Part shown: positions 11,866-23,700 of the stretch, in pieces
Layout: each line of letters starts with the position of its first letter
How positions within the stretch are numbered: the stretch's first letter is position 1
Source: Hyaloraphidium curvatum SAG 235-1
Lineage: Eukaryota; Fungi; Monoblepharomycota
Direction: 5' to 3'
DNA length: 64,000 bases
Assembly: GCA_025558095.1 (NCBI GenBank)
Contig: JAIVFI010000001.1
Coordinates: 372,001-436,000, forward strand
The notes under the pieces: generated by a model
The model's input: only the letters and a program-made list of their open reading frames with translations
The model's database searches: none
Told to the model about the DNA's origin: nothing
Translations under genes and position numbers: made by a program

Positions 11866-14032
11866 TCAATCATCGTCTCCGAAGGACGTCTTCTTGCCAG
11901 CCGGAGCCGGCTGCGACGGCTTGAAGCCTCCACGGCCGCCGCGGCCACCACGGCCACCACGTCCACCGCGATCGCCGCCGAACCCTCCGCGTCCGCGCCC
12001 GCCGCCGCGCCCACCGAAGCCTGGAGATCCGTCGATAAGACAGACAAAGATAAGAACCCGCTATAACTCACCACCACCACCGGCATCTCCATTCGGCGTC
12101 CTCTCTTGGGCAAAGTCCAGCCGCACGTTGCGGCCCCCGATCTCGGCTTCTTGCAGGTTCTCTAGCGCAGCCTTGGCCTCGTCGACCGACGAAAACTCCA
12201 CGTATGCGAACCTTCCATGACGTTAGTCGCAGTCACAGCAGGCAAAACACGAATCCTCACCCCTTGACCCGGCCGGTCTCCCTGTCGGTGGGGATCCGAA
12301 CCCTCTGCACCTCGCCATACTTGGAAAACGGCTCGTACAGAGCATCTTCGGTGGCGTCGAAGCTCATATTGCCGACAAAGAGCGTCTTGGTCGGGGTTCC
12401 CTGAACGGGGCAACAGCGTCAGCCTGCGTCGATCTCGGCCTGCGCACGTGATGCTGCAACCAACCTGTGCGGACGGGCTCCTGCCAAAGGAGGACGCGCC
12501 ACCCCTGGCGCCACGGCCGCCGCGATCGCCGCGGCCCCTCCCGCGTGCGGAGCCGCCGTCGTTGCTCCGCGGCTCCGCAAAGTTGACGTTGAGCTCGCGT
12601 CCACCAACTTCCTTGCCGTTCATCGCCTCCACAGCAGCCGCCGCCCCTTCAGCGTCTTCAAACTCAACGTATCCGAACCTGGCGCCGAGAACCGAGCGTC
12701 AGCTATGTCGAGAGCGATCAAGCTCCGGCACCGACCCTTTGGACTTCCCAGTCTCGCGGTCCGTGATGATCCGGACGCTCTTGACCGTTCCGTGGGCCCC
12801 GAATTCCTCGTAAAGCATGTCCTCGTCGAGGTTCCACGAAATGTTGCCGACAAAGAGCGTCGTCTTGCCGGGATCAGCGGTCTTGGCCTTCTTGGCAGCC
12901 GGGGTGGTCTCCTCCGCGGCCTTCCGCTTTGCCGCACGGGGTTTTTTCTCCTCGGCGTCCGACATCTTCTCGTCGTCGTCGGAGCTGTCCGAGCTGCTCT
13001 CGGACGACGATGAAGAGTCGCTGGATGAAGCGGCTTTCTTTGCCGCCTTTGCGGGCGCGGCCTTGGTGGCGGCAGGTTTCGCCTGAGCCGATGGCTTGTC
13101 ATCCTCGTCGCTGCTGCTGTCAGACGACGAGTCGTCCGAGCTCTCGGAAGAAGAATCAGCCTTCTTGGCGGGGGCTTTAGCCGGGGCCGCTTTCGTGGTC
13201 TTGGCAGGAACCGCCTTCGCCGGAGCCTTGTCATCCTCGCTACTGCTGTCATCAGAAGAGCCGGAGCTCTCCGACGAAGACGATGCCGCTTTCTTCGCGG
13301 GGGCAGCCGCGGGCTTGGCAGCGGCCGGTTTCGCCGGTGCCTTCGCAGGCGCTGGTTTGGCGGCCGCAGCCTTTGGCTTCTTGTCGCTGTCCGAATCGGA
13401 GTCCGAACTGTCAGAGTCCGACGAGCTGTCGGAGCTGTCCTTCGGCGGCGGGGTGTTTTTCGACTCCTTCTTCGCCTCAGCCTTAGCGACCGGCTTCTTG
13501 GCCTCCGTCTTTTTGGTCTGAAAAGTCTCAAGTAAGGATCGCAAGTCCCACAGGAAGAGGGGATGGCAAGTACCTCAGGGGCGGGGGCCTTGGCCTTTGC
13601 CTTCGGAGCCGGCTCGCTGTCCGAGCTAGAGCTGTCATCCGACGAATCATCGCTCGACGACGAATCCTTCTGAGCCGGAGCTGCCGGCTTTTTGGAAGGC
13701 GGGTTGGCCTTGGCGCTCTTGGCCGGCTTGGTCTTGACCTCCTTCTCCGACTCCGAGTCCGAAGAGTCGCTCGAAGACGACGACGACTCGACTGCCTTCG
13801 TCAGCTTCTTCGTCGAGGCAGCCGGCAGGACGAGCTTCTTGGACACGACGACGGGCGGGGCGCTTTTCTCGTCTTCCGACGAGGAGCTGTCCGACGACGA
13901 GCTCGACGGCGGGGGAGCGGCCTTCTTCTTTCCCACTTCGGGTGGAAGGCAAAATCAGTACGAGGACGTTGCAATGCGGCCGAGGACCCTACTGTTGGCG
14001 TTTGCGGGGCTCTCGTAGACAGCTTTCCCCAT
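11866..14032 (-). CDS. NSR1: Nucleolin / Nsr1 / Gar2 (Ser-Asp/Lys-Ala-Pro N-terminus, 2 RRMs, RGG tail)
   Basis: TLFVGNISWN...TDRETGKSKG; TLFVGNMSFD; RGG repeats; C-terminal KKTSFGDDD; start codon uncertain. Confidence 0.9.
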
Positions 14033-14231
14033 GTTTTTGTTTGGTTGATGGGCGTGGCGGAATCATCAGCATCACACCACACGCGCCGCCCCCAGGGTGC
14101 CGCGGCTGCTCACGCGGCAACTTTGCCGTACGAAATCGATCTTGTACACGGCCCGCCCGCCCATGCGCGGCTCAACGGATCAGTTCAGGTGAAGTCTAAT
14201 CGAGGTATGCAGAAGCCTTTACATTTCGTTG

Positions 14232-16413
14232 TCAGGCCTCCATTGAAGCGGCCATGATCGCACCGATCTGCTGCGAGAGCTGGCCAGAGAGCGCCAACAC
14301 GGAGAGAACGGGCTCCTCCAGAATGGTGGCATGGTGCTCGGAATCCTGGGCCGCCAGGGCCGCCAGCAAAGATGCACACAGGATCGCCAGCTGGGGCGGC
14401 TTGGCTCCGGGGTTCGGAGGGGGTTGCGCCGGAGCCGGCGCCTGCGCAGGGGCTGCCGGAGGAGCGGAGCCGGGTTCCGAGGCAGCCGCAGGCGCTTTGA
14501 CGTCCATCCAAGGATCATGTGTCTTCACGTGCGCTACCAAGGCGCGACGATCGGTGGCCGGCCGCTCCACGGGATAGCGGGAACACGTCTTCCAGTGGCA
14601 AGCAAAAGGCTCCGAGCTGGGACCAACGTGCGAGGACATGACGTGCGCGCGCAGCGCTTGGCGATCCTCCGCGGCATGCCCACACCCTCGCCACTGACAC
14701 CGGTTGACATCCTGCGACGTGCTCACGGCGGCATCATCGCGAACGGATAAGAGGCCGCCAACGGTCATCGTTTCCACGAGACCCGGTGACGCCCCAGCCA
14801 GAGGAGCCGGCGTCGGCCCTGTGGCCTCCCCGCCCTGAGCCTGGTCCTTCACAGCCGCCTTGCTCGGATCATCGACTGCCATTGGGTCGTCGACGGGAGC
14901 CGCCACGGTGGTTGATGGAGGTGCCTCGGCAGCCTGCTCCGGTGGCTTGAGCCGGATTCCATGAATGACAAGGCCGAATGTTGGGTCGCCTCCGGCAGAG
15001 GTGTTGAAGTGTTTCACAACACGATCGACGAGATCATGCTGCGCGACTGGGTTGATTCCTCGGCGCGCACAGAATTGGGCGTACGCGGCATAAACGCGTG
15101 CGACCGGCAGGGGCTCGGGTCCTTTCTCCAGATGGTTGGCAATCCTGTGGCCAAGAAGTCAGACCAAAACGCCTCGCTCACGAGGGAGGGCAACGCTAAC
15201 CATTCCGCCGCCACAGATTGCACATCCGCTACCTGTCCCTGCCCTTCCACCGCACCAGGAGGAGCCGCGCCGGACGGCACAAACGGCCTCGCAGGGGATT
15301 GGAGATCGGGCTGGCTAGCATTGGTCTTGAGCTTCTCCGCGAGCTGAGATGGCGGTACGTAAGGCGCCGTGGGATTGAGCGGATCTCCGAGGAGCCGGTT
15401 GGCGGTGTCGCGGAGCAAGTGAACGAGCTCGCGGATGACGGAAGACCGTCCACAGTCCAGAATCCGTTTCGCGCCTCCGTAGCCGCCCTGCGCTATGCGG
15501 TTCAGGAGCTCGACCACGTAGTATGCGAGCTCGGGGTCTTGCGCTCGAACGAGCAGCAGAGACGTGAGCCGCTCCACGACCTCGTCCGTGTTGGCCAACG
15601 GAAGAACGATCTTTGAGTTCTGATCCCGGTGGCAAAGGCGAAGCAGCGATCGAATGGCCGATACGACCTCCCGGCGGTCCAGCTCCTGGAGCGACTTGCA
15701 CAAGGAGTACACGAGGTGGTTGTCCCGCGAATCAATGATCACGGTGTTGGCAATGTTGTCCAACAGGTCCAGGGCGTACTGGTGCACCTCCCAAAACAGG
15801 TCCCGGTCGGCTTTGCCGAGCCGCAACGCGAGCTCCACCGCCGACAGGATAGTGGGGTCCCTTGCCAATGTGTCGGCGTTGGTTTCCGCCCACGAGAAGT
15901 TGTACAGGACGTGCAGGGATCCCAACGCGAGCTCCCGGTCCGCAAACACGCTGTCGCTGGGCAACAGGCCGGTTGCCTTGGCGATAAGCAGCCCATCTTC
16001 GCGAACAGGCGACTGCCCATCGATGCCAGTCCCGGTAACGGAAACGCGATCCCAGAGAGACTCCAATTTGGACTCCAAGAGGTTGACAACCGAGTCCTGC
16101 AGCGGGGGAACGTGGTGCAGAGGCGGCTGAGGCCCTTCCCGCGCGGAAAGGGCAATCAGGCTGTTCAGAGCCCAGGTCATCTCGTTGAAGAGACCGGATT
16201 CGAGGGCGAGCAGGATGCGGTTCGAGAATCCGCCGGACCAATGGACGCTGACTGCGCGATCCGGCGCGTCAGTTCCGCGCAACACCAGGAGACGCGTCGC
16301 TCACCTGGATTGGGGCCGCCCTGCGCCCTCACGGCGGGATTGCCGCCGACGGTCAACGACACCCTGTTGACCGGCCTCGGCGCCGCGGAACCCGGGGGCG
16401 GTTGGAACTGCAT
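14232..16413 (-). CDS. RSC9/ARID2-like chromatin-remodelling subunit (ARM-like region, C-terminal C2H2 fingers)
   Basis: NRILLALESGLFNEMTWALNSL; CQWRGC...LRAHVMSSH and FACHWKTC...LVAHVKTH. Confidence 0.7.
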
Positions 16414-16602
16414 CGGAAGAGCGACTTCCTCGGTCCGCGCGCGCCCGCCGCGGTCCCTCTTCAGCAGGACGTATGAAAGGTGCTGCTACGCCGTGGGACG
16501 GTGGGTGCGGGCCAGCAACGAAAACGCGGTGGCTCGCGGCGACGCGCGCGCGTCGTCACGCACGAAAAGTTCCGCACCTCCGTGCTGCCTCCCCCAACGA
16601 CG

Positions 16603-18760
16603 ATGGCCGCAAGGGCCGGTCCATTGCTCCTTCGTCTTGCCGCAAGGCAGAATGCTGCCTTCAGGCCTCTGGCCGGTGCCGCGCTTCGGTGATTGGCCGT
16701 GCAAGATGTTGTTCCGGAGACACGAGACCGATTCCCGGTATCCCGCCAGGCCGTTCTCCGCCACGACGGCCTCCATGAACGTGATGCCGTCGCTGTACAC
16801 TTTCACGGAGGAGGAGACCATGCTGAAGGAAGCTGGTGGGACCCTGCGTCTGGACGACGACATGCGAACGCCCCTGAACCTGTCAAATCCGATCGCTGGT
16901 TACGCTAGTGGCCCGCTTCGCCAAGGAAGTGGTCGGTCCCAAAGTCGCTGAGGTGTGGAGTTTCTGTGCAGGAGGCGGCACCGGCTGACCGCGTGCCATA
17001 GATGGACGAGAAGGAACTTCTAGACAAGGAGGTCCTGAAGGGGCTGTTCGACAACGGGGTGCGTGGGGACGGTGCTCCCTTTGTTCAGCCTGCTGAGGCA
17101 CCATCTGCAACTCTCTTTCTGCCTTCTACATAGCTCATGGCCATTGAGGCGGAAGCCGACTACGGTGGCGCGCAGTCATCATTCACTTCGGCGATTCTTG
17201 TGGTGGAGGGTTGGTCTTGCGCTCATTTCCCCCTGCCTTTTCGAACCGCCGGCCTGACGCTGGATGCTGGCAGAGTTGGCCAAAGTGGATCCGTCTGTCA
17301 GCGTGGTGTGCGACGTCCAGAACACCCTGGTGGGCACGCTGTTCAACAAGCTTGCAACGCCTGAGCAGAAGCAGAAGTACCTGACTCGCCTGGCCTCCAA
17401 TACTGTGGGGCGTCCACTTCCGTTCCGTTGGTAATGACTGATGGCCGTCCTTGGAAAGGTTGGCTGTTTCTGCCTGTCGGAGGCCGGCTCCGGGAGCGAC
17501 GCCTTCGCGCTGGCCACGCGTGCCGAGAAGCACGGCGACTATTGTACGTCCTACGTCACTGATTGCGGCTGCGGCTGGCCGCTAACTTCTATCCAGACAC
17601 CCTGAGCGGCACCAAGATGTGGATCACAAACTCCTACGAATCAGACATCTTCCTCGTCTTTGCGAACGTAGACCCTTCGAAAGGCTACAAGGGCATTGTA
17701 CGTGTGGCGCGCTAGCACCAGTGCCGGCTCCTCATGGATTCCGCGCAGACGTGCTTCATCGTCGAGAAGGAAATGGGAGTGCAGGTTGCCAAGAAGGAGT
17801 CCAAGCTTGGCATCCGGGCTTCCTCGACATGCTCGCTCACCTTTGATGAGATCAAGGCATGTTCTCGCAAACGGCTTATTGGGCTTTGCTAACGCATCCT
17901 TCCAGGTTCCGGCTTCCAACGTCCTTGGCCAGGTCGGGCAAGGGTACCGCTACGCCATCGAGATTCTCAACGAGGGCCGGATTGGGATTGGTGCGTATTG
18001 CTGATGCGCCACGAGTCCGGTCCCGCTGACTGTTGGGTAGCCGCGCAGATGATCGGTCTGGCACAAGGTGTCTATGACCAGACCATCCCGTACCTTTTCC
18101 AGGTTTGCATCCTCATCCTTGGCTTGCATGCATGGCATCTAACGCCTTTCATCGTACAGCGCAAGCAGTTTGGCAAAGCAATTGGCGAGTTCCAGGGGAT
18201 GCAGTTCCAATACGCCAGCGTTGCGACAGAAATCGAGGCTGCAAGGTTGCTCACGTACAAGTGAGCAGCTCGGTGTTGGCAGGTGGCAGATTGCGGAGTT
18301 GATCGGACGTGTTTTGCAGTGCTGCTCGCCTAAAGGAGCAGGGGCGGCCATTCGTCAAAGAGGCAGCAATGGCCAAGCTCTACTCGTCCCAGGTGGCGGA
18401 AAGGGCGGCGTCAAAGTGTGTTGAGGTAAGTTGATGCGACCCCAACTTTGATCGGGCCTCACTGGGGGCCTTACAGTGGTTGGGTGGGATTGGTTTCACC
18501 CGAGATTTCCCTGCCGAAAAGTACTACCGGGACTGCAAGATCGGCGCAAGTGGGTTGCTTGCCTTCATCTGCTTTCCTGCTTCTAATGATAGGCCCCTCT
18601 TACGAACGCTTCTCACGTGTGGTCTTGCAGTCTATGAGGGCACATCCAACATCCAACTGCAAACCATTGCAAAGGTTGGCTTCCTTGCATGAGCGTAGTG
18701 ACTATGCACAATGCCTGAGTGCCCTCCTTCCAACAGCTTGTTCAGCAGGAGTACAAGTAG
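16603..18760 (+). CDS. ACADSB: Mitochondrial short/branched-chain acyl-CoA dehydrogenase (many introns)
   Basis: [78 protein letters not shown] and YEGTSNIQL. Confidence 0.93.
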
Positions 18761-18889
18761 ATCCTGGTCCTGTTTTGCTTGCTACAGCAATAGAGTTTGG
18801 ATACGCAGCATTATGCAATGACACATTGGGAGATGGTGAGCCAGGAAGGAACTTGAAAAAGGCAGCTGCTTCAGCTCCTGCCAGAATCA

Positions 18890-21168
18890 GAATAGTATTG
18901 GTGACCCGGACCTGCCCCTGGCTTGGCCGCCGTTACACCATGAGTTTGCTGCTAATTGCAAATTTCATCGTCGTCGTGTGTCTTTTTCATTTTCCCAGTT
19001 TTCCTGTCCTTCATGGACTTTGAGATGAAGCTGGCAATGGAGTTGAGGGCCTTCTCCTTCTGCCGCCTCGCTTTGATCGTGGGCTCGAACTCCTTGATGC
19101 TAAGAGCCCAGAGCCAGGTCTCCATGTTCCACTCGCGGCCTAGTGCTTCCAATCTAGTCTGCAGCTTCTGGCGCCGCTCGGCATTTGCTGAACAGTGAAA
19201 CAGAAAGTGTTGTTCGTCTCCAATGTGCTCAGGGTCATGCTTGCACGTTCTCTGCTGCACCTCAAGTCCTTGGTGCCTGCCTGTCTCCACCTCCAGGTCG
19301 TGGGTAGAGCACAGCAACTTTTGGACATCCCTCCGGTGCTTCTCCACCCGGATCAGGGATGGTCCGATGTGGCCAAAGGTCATGTCACACATCCTCCAAA
19401 AGTGCAGTTTGTCGTTGTCCTTGAGCCTCTGGGCATTGATCTCCCTGAACTTGCCCTTCACAAGATTCTCCACAGTCTCCTTGGGCCATGAGAAAGTGTC
19501 CTTCTCCCACATCTCCCTCCCATCTTCGCCGCCATAGTATACAAGTAGTTCCCTCAGGAAGGCAGCCCAGTTCCAGGACCCCTTCAGTGCCTCGATCTTG
19601 AGCTCTTTGTAAAGTAGGTACAGCGCAGGATCCGCTGTTTTGATGCGCATGAGGAACTTGAGTGCCGACTCATGGTCATGAACTGCAAGGGGGTACTGGC
19701 CAGTGATCGCATACAGACAGGCCAGGGAGGTAGACTTGGGCAGATGAGTGACGGCACGAAGAGCCATGCATGTCACTTTGTCCCTGGTGCTTTCCCCGGG
19801 AAGGTACTCCTCCTTCGGCATCTCAACAATGAACGTGTTCCCATGTTGGCCCACCGCCTTGACCTTTGTGTTGTAGAGCTTGAGCTGGAGGTCAGGACTC
19901 ATCCCAGGCTGCTCCCTGATGTCACGGAGCCAGAGCCCATAAGCAGCGTTCATCTTGGCCTCTCTGCCATGCACATGGTCCTTGCTCCGGCCGGTTGAGG
20001 TCAGCTGATACCCCAGAAGCTTGAAGCTGTCAACCCTCTTCAGCTCCTGGTCCCTGTACATGAGCTTTACACGGTGAGGTATCCTCCTGGCCATCCACTC
20101 TGTCTTGCTGACGTTGATCTCCAGCCCATTGGCACTGGCATATGCAGACAGAAGATCCAGCTGCATCTTGGCATCCTTCACCGTCTTCGAGATCAAAGTG
20201 GTGTCGTCTGCAAAGAACAGAGCTAGCAAGCTGACCATCCTCTCCTGATCCTCTTCCTCCTCAGACACCATGCCCAGATCCATCCCTTTGGCACCATTGG
20301 CCTCCATGAAAGCAGTGATGTCGTTGATGAACAAGATGAAGAACAGCGATGAGAGAGGGTCCCCCTGCTTCACTCCGGTCAGGAACTTGATGAAGTCTGA
20401 CTTGGTCCCGTCTTCATCCCGGAGCCGTCCCCACACATGCCCGAACGCCATCTCGAACATGTCAACAACCTGTTTGGGTACACCCATCTCCTCCAGCTTC
20501 TGCCATAACCTGGGGCGCTCCACCGTGTCAAAAGCCTTTGTGAAATCTGCAAAGACCATGATCAGCTTCTCCTTGCGTGCCTTGGCCAGGGAGAAGAGTG
20601 CCTCGGCAAGGAACACTGCATGAAGGGTCGATCTCCGTGCACGGAATCCAAACTGCGAGCCTTCCAGCAGCTTGTTGCACTCAGCCCAGGGAACTAGCCG
20701 AGCGTTCCAGACCAGGGAGAAGACCTTCTCCAGCGTCCTCTCTATGCTGATGCCTCGGTAGTTGCCAGCCACGTTCTTGGGCCCCTTCTTGTGCAACATC
20801 ACCAGCAGTGTCTGGCCCCAGTCATCCATCTTGATGCCATTGAGCACGTCGTTGAGGAGGTTGACAACAGCTTGCTTCAGTACTGCAGTCCCGTACTTGA
20901 CGAACTCGAGCCAGATCCCATCCTCGTCCTTTGCCTTGCCGTTGGGGGCCTTCTTCAAGACCCTCTCCAGCTCCTTGAGGGTGATGGGGCGCAGCAGGTC
21001 TCCAGAAGGCGTGATCGTGGCCTTGGGAAGTGGTGGAAACGTGAGCCTTGGATCCTCCTCGATCTTGGTCACGTATTCGGCGCTGGCGACCATCTCCATG
21101 TGGCGCACCAGCTCTGCAAAGGGCACGGGGTTGCCCTTGCGCCTTGCGTGAGCCTTTCCAAGCAGCTG
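18890..21168 (-). mobile_element. 5'-truncated non-LTR retrotransposon (LINE, RTE/RTEX-like) with (TATTC)n tail
   Basis: Uninterrupted RT ORF with short 3' UTR ending CAATACTATTC; no endonuclease region (truncated). Confidence 0.9.
18952..21168 (-). CDS. LINE reverse transcriptase (partial) with C-terminal Zn-binding-like motif
   Basis: KKGPKNVAGNYRGIS, QFGFRARRST, FADFTKAFDTV, GVKQGDPLS, FFADD and STHDLEVETGR...DEQHFLFHC. Confidence 0.92.
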   Translation of the reverse strand, partial: QLLGKAHARRKGNPVPFAELVRHMEMVASAEYVTKIEEDPRLTFPPLPKATITPSGDLLRPITLKELERVLKKAPNGKAKDEDGIWLEFVKYGTAVLKQAVVNLLNDVLNGIKMDDWGQTLLVMLHKKGPKNVAGNYRGISIERTLEKVFSLVWNARLVPWAECNKLLEGSQFGFRARRSTLHAVFLAEALFSLAKARKEKLIMVFADFTKAFDTVERPRLWQKLEEMGVPKQVVDMFEMAFGHVWGRLRDEDGTKSDFIKFLTGVKQGDPLSSLFFILFINDITAFMEANGAKGMDLGMVSEEEEDQERMVSLLALFFADDTTLISKTVKDAKMQLDLLSAYASANGLEINVSKTEWMARRIPHRVKLMYRDQELKRVDSFKLLGYQLTSTGRSKDHVHGREAKMNAAYGLWLRDIREQPGMSPDLQLKLYNTKVKAVGQHGNTFIVEMPKEEYLPGESTRDKVTCMALRAVTHLPKSTSLACLYAITGQYPLAVHDHESALKFLMRIKTADPALYLLYKELKIEALKGSWNWAAFLRELLVYYGGEDGREMWEKDTFSWPKETVENLVKGKFREINAQRLKDNDKLHFWRMCDMTFGHIGPSLIRVEKHRRDVQKLLCSTHDLEVETGRHQGLEVQQRTCKHDPEHIGDEQHFLFHCSANAERRQKLQTRLEALGREWNMETWLWALSIKEFEPTIKARRQKEKALNSIASFISKSMKDRKTGKMKKTHDDDEICN

Positions 21169-21266
21169 GACACACGACGACGATGAACTTTGCAATTAGC
21201 AGCAAACTCATGGTGTAACAGCGGCCAAGCCAGGGGCAGGTCCGGGTCACCAATACTATTCTATTC
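21169..21266 (+). mobile_element. Short 3'-end fragment of the same LINE, inverted
   Basis: Reverse complement of 18890-18981 except 2 substitutions; ends TATTCTATTC. Confidence 0.92.
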
Positions 21267-21289
21267 GTACTCTTTCACAGCGCCTGGAC

Positions 21290-21484
21290 GAATAGAATAG
21301 TATTGGTGACCCGGACCTGCCCCTGGCTTGGCCGCTGTTACACCATGAGTTTGCTGCTAATTGCAAAGTTCATCGTCGTCGTGTGTCTTTTTCATTTTCC
21401 CAGTTTTCCTGTCCTTCATGGACTTTGAGATGAAGCTGGCAATGGAGTTGAGGGCCTTCTCCTTCTGCCGCCTCGCTTTGATCG
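21290..21484 (-). mobile_element. 3'-end fragment (~195 bp) of the same LINE
   Basis: Near-identical direct copy of 18890-19079. Confidence 0.92.
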
Positions 21485-21960
21485 GATAGCATCCGCAGCT
21501 TACTCGAATTCTACTTCAAGGAGGAGGGAACGCGAGCATGGGATGAGGGGAAGTCGTTCTGGTCAACCGAGGACATCGAGACCGTGATCAAGAGACGATT
21601 CCGGGAGATCTGGCGCTACACAGGTGGTGGATAATGGGAAACTACAGTTCCGGGGATGGGCTTTGGACTGTGCGAGACCCTGCTCATGGATCGCATCGAC
21701 CTGCACACCTCTTTGAACCGACTGCTTACCAGCACCCACGTGCTCAACGTGGAAACGCAGCGACAACAAGGCATCAGATTCTGTGAGTGGACTTGCCCCC
21801 ACCATTTGGATCAGATTGAGGATGACGAGATGCACCTTCTGTTTCACTGCTCTGCGTACGACGACGAACGAGAGATTCTTCAAACCAGAGCTTGGGCAAC
21901 GCTGGAACCTGGAGACGGTCATATGGATGTTGAGGAACGACAAGAGGTGCCTTTTGACTA
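21485..21960 (+). pseudogene. Degenerate C-terminal fragment of a diverged relative of the LINE
   Basis: LLTSTHVLNVETQRQQG...IEDDEMHLLFHC aligns with LLCSTHDLEVETGRHQG...IGDEQHFLFHC; frameshifted upstream. Confidence 0.8.
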
Positions 21961-22375
21961 TAGATTTTGGTACAAAATCGATTCAAAAGGTTGGGGAAAA
22001 AGTGTGTGGCAAGTGGGGAGGGGGGGAAGACGAATGTCACTCAGCAAGGGATTATCACCGTGGCGGGGCCAACACCGAACCAGAGAGCGTGCCTCTCTGC
22101 TCAGGCAGCATCGGCGTCTGCCCGGGGGCGCTTTCCGTGTCGCTTGCTGCGCCCCGTTGTGTGCCGGCGGGTGCTGCAGTTCAGTGCGGACCAGGGTCTC
22201 CGCCTGCGGTCGCTTGGTGGCCTTCTGCGCCGCGGTCGCCGTTCTGCACCTAGCATTCACGAGGGCGACTTCTTTTGGCGGTTCTGGTGCAGTGGTTTAC
22301 GGGGTAAGGCGGTACGAAGCTTACACCGACCGCGTTGACCCCTCCCGGCCGTAGTGGCTCCCGGACAACAGCGCG

Positions 22376-23700
22376 ATGAGCGCGCCGTCGGGTCAGCTCC
22401 CTGGCTCGTTGTTGCCTGTTCTCCCGACCGTTGGCACGCCGCCAGAAACCGCGATTCCGAAACAGAGCCCCGCGGCCGCGGCCAAGGCCGCAGTGGCGGA
22501 CGCGGTACGACGCACTCCATCCCTTTCCGCAGCTCAACAAAGGACGATCTACAACCGCCTGCTCCAAAGCGTCAAAGTAGCGTCTATGTCGGAAGAGGAA
22601 CGCGCCGAACTTCGGGCACGGAATGCCGTTGCGAAGAACAAGTCTCGGCGTCGTGCACGGTCAGGTGCGTTGAGCGCGGCGTCACAGCACCCGTTGCCGC
22701 CGCTCACACGGTCGTTATCTACGCGCGCGAAGAGGACGTTTCTTTTGCCGTTGCAGAGTCGTGGCATGACGACGGATGTGTTAGTTCTGAATGTGGGGAA
22801 GGTTGGACACGGTCGTGCGCAGCGCCGCCGGGTGTTCTGATTGCGAATCGCGTGCAGCGCGTTCCGAAACCTTCGAGGTGGAAAAGACCAATCTCGGATC
22901 CGAGGCCTGCTCCCGGCACTGTGGGCGGACGCCGATTTGGGCGCAATGCGTTGCACCTTTTGACCCTCCCTTCCAGCGTCACCCACCAAACGCCGGGCCA
23001 CGCAACCCACGGACGCGCCGATTGCGGGCACTACGTTGGGTGGGTTTGAGAGGCGCTTGATGTGCAAGGGCAGATCATGATTGCTGTGCCTTGCAGGATC
23101 CACCAAGAAGCGTGATCGGGTAGCGGGAGCGGCAAGTCCGGTGACCGTTGACCCGATACTGGGTGCGTTGTCTGTTTACACGGCCGGCCGGACGGAGCCC
23201 GTCCCTTTTGCGCCCGGCCGCGGCACTTCTGCGTCAGCAAGTGGCAACAGTTCGTGGCAGGCGGCTTCGCTTCGTGGTAGTGATCTCACAGGCCGCGCTC
23301 GGCAGATTCGGCAGCCTCCTCGGTGGACCCCCTTGTCGATCCCGCCTACTCAACTACCAAGGGCTTTGCCCGCGCTTGGTTCGTCAAGACCGTTCGGGAT
23401 CTGTGTGCCAGCGTCCGTGTCGACCCCTGTAACGTTCCACACGGGTTTGCTTGTCCTCCAGAAAACAATGCGGAACGAATGAAGTGCATGGAAGCCTGGT
23501 TGGATGCAGTCAATGAGGAAGCCATGGAGCAGGAAGTCTGCGGGTCGTGTGCGCGTCTGTGCTTCAAGCGTCATTCCACCACCGTCAACTACGTGGACGT
23601 GGAAAAAAGCGGACTCTTCACGGCGCCTGCCGACCTTTTGCTTCACCCAACCGTCGCGGATAACCCCGAGTTGCGCGCCGAGTTTTTCGCGGATGACATC
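22376..23700 (+). mobile_element. Possible Helitron-like N-terminal relic
   Basis: EEERAELRARNAVAKNKSRRR and AMEQEVCGSCARLC resemble N-terminal segments of fungal Helitron ORFs; no Rep or helicase motifs seen. Confidence 0.3.

Noticed and set aside
21169-21195. Start of the 747-aa RT ORF (MQSSSSSCV)
   Set aside because: Derives from the antisense of the inverted 3' fragment and is not a real N-terminus
18890-21484. Penelope-like or DIRS element suggested by the direct and inverted terminal repeats
   Set aside because: RT motifs are LINE-type; no GIY-YIG, tyrosine recombinase or hammerhead core seen; the repeats are just 3' ends with TATTC tails
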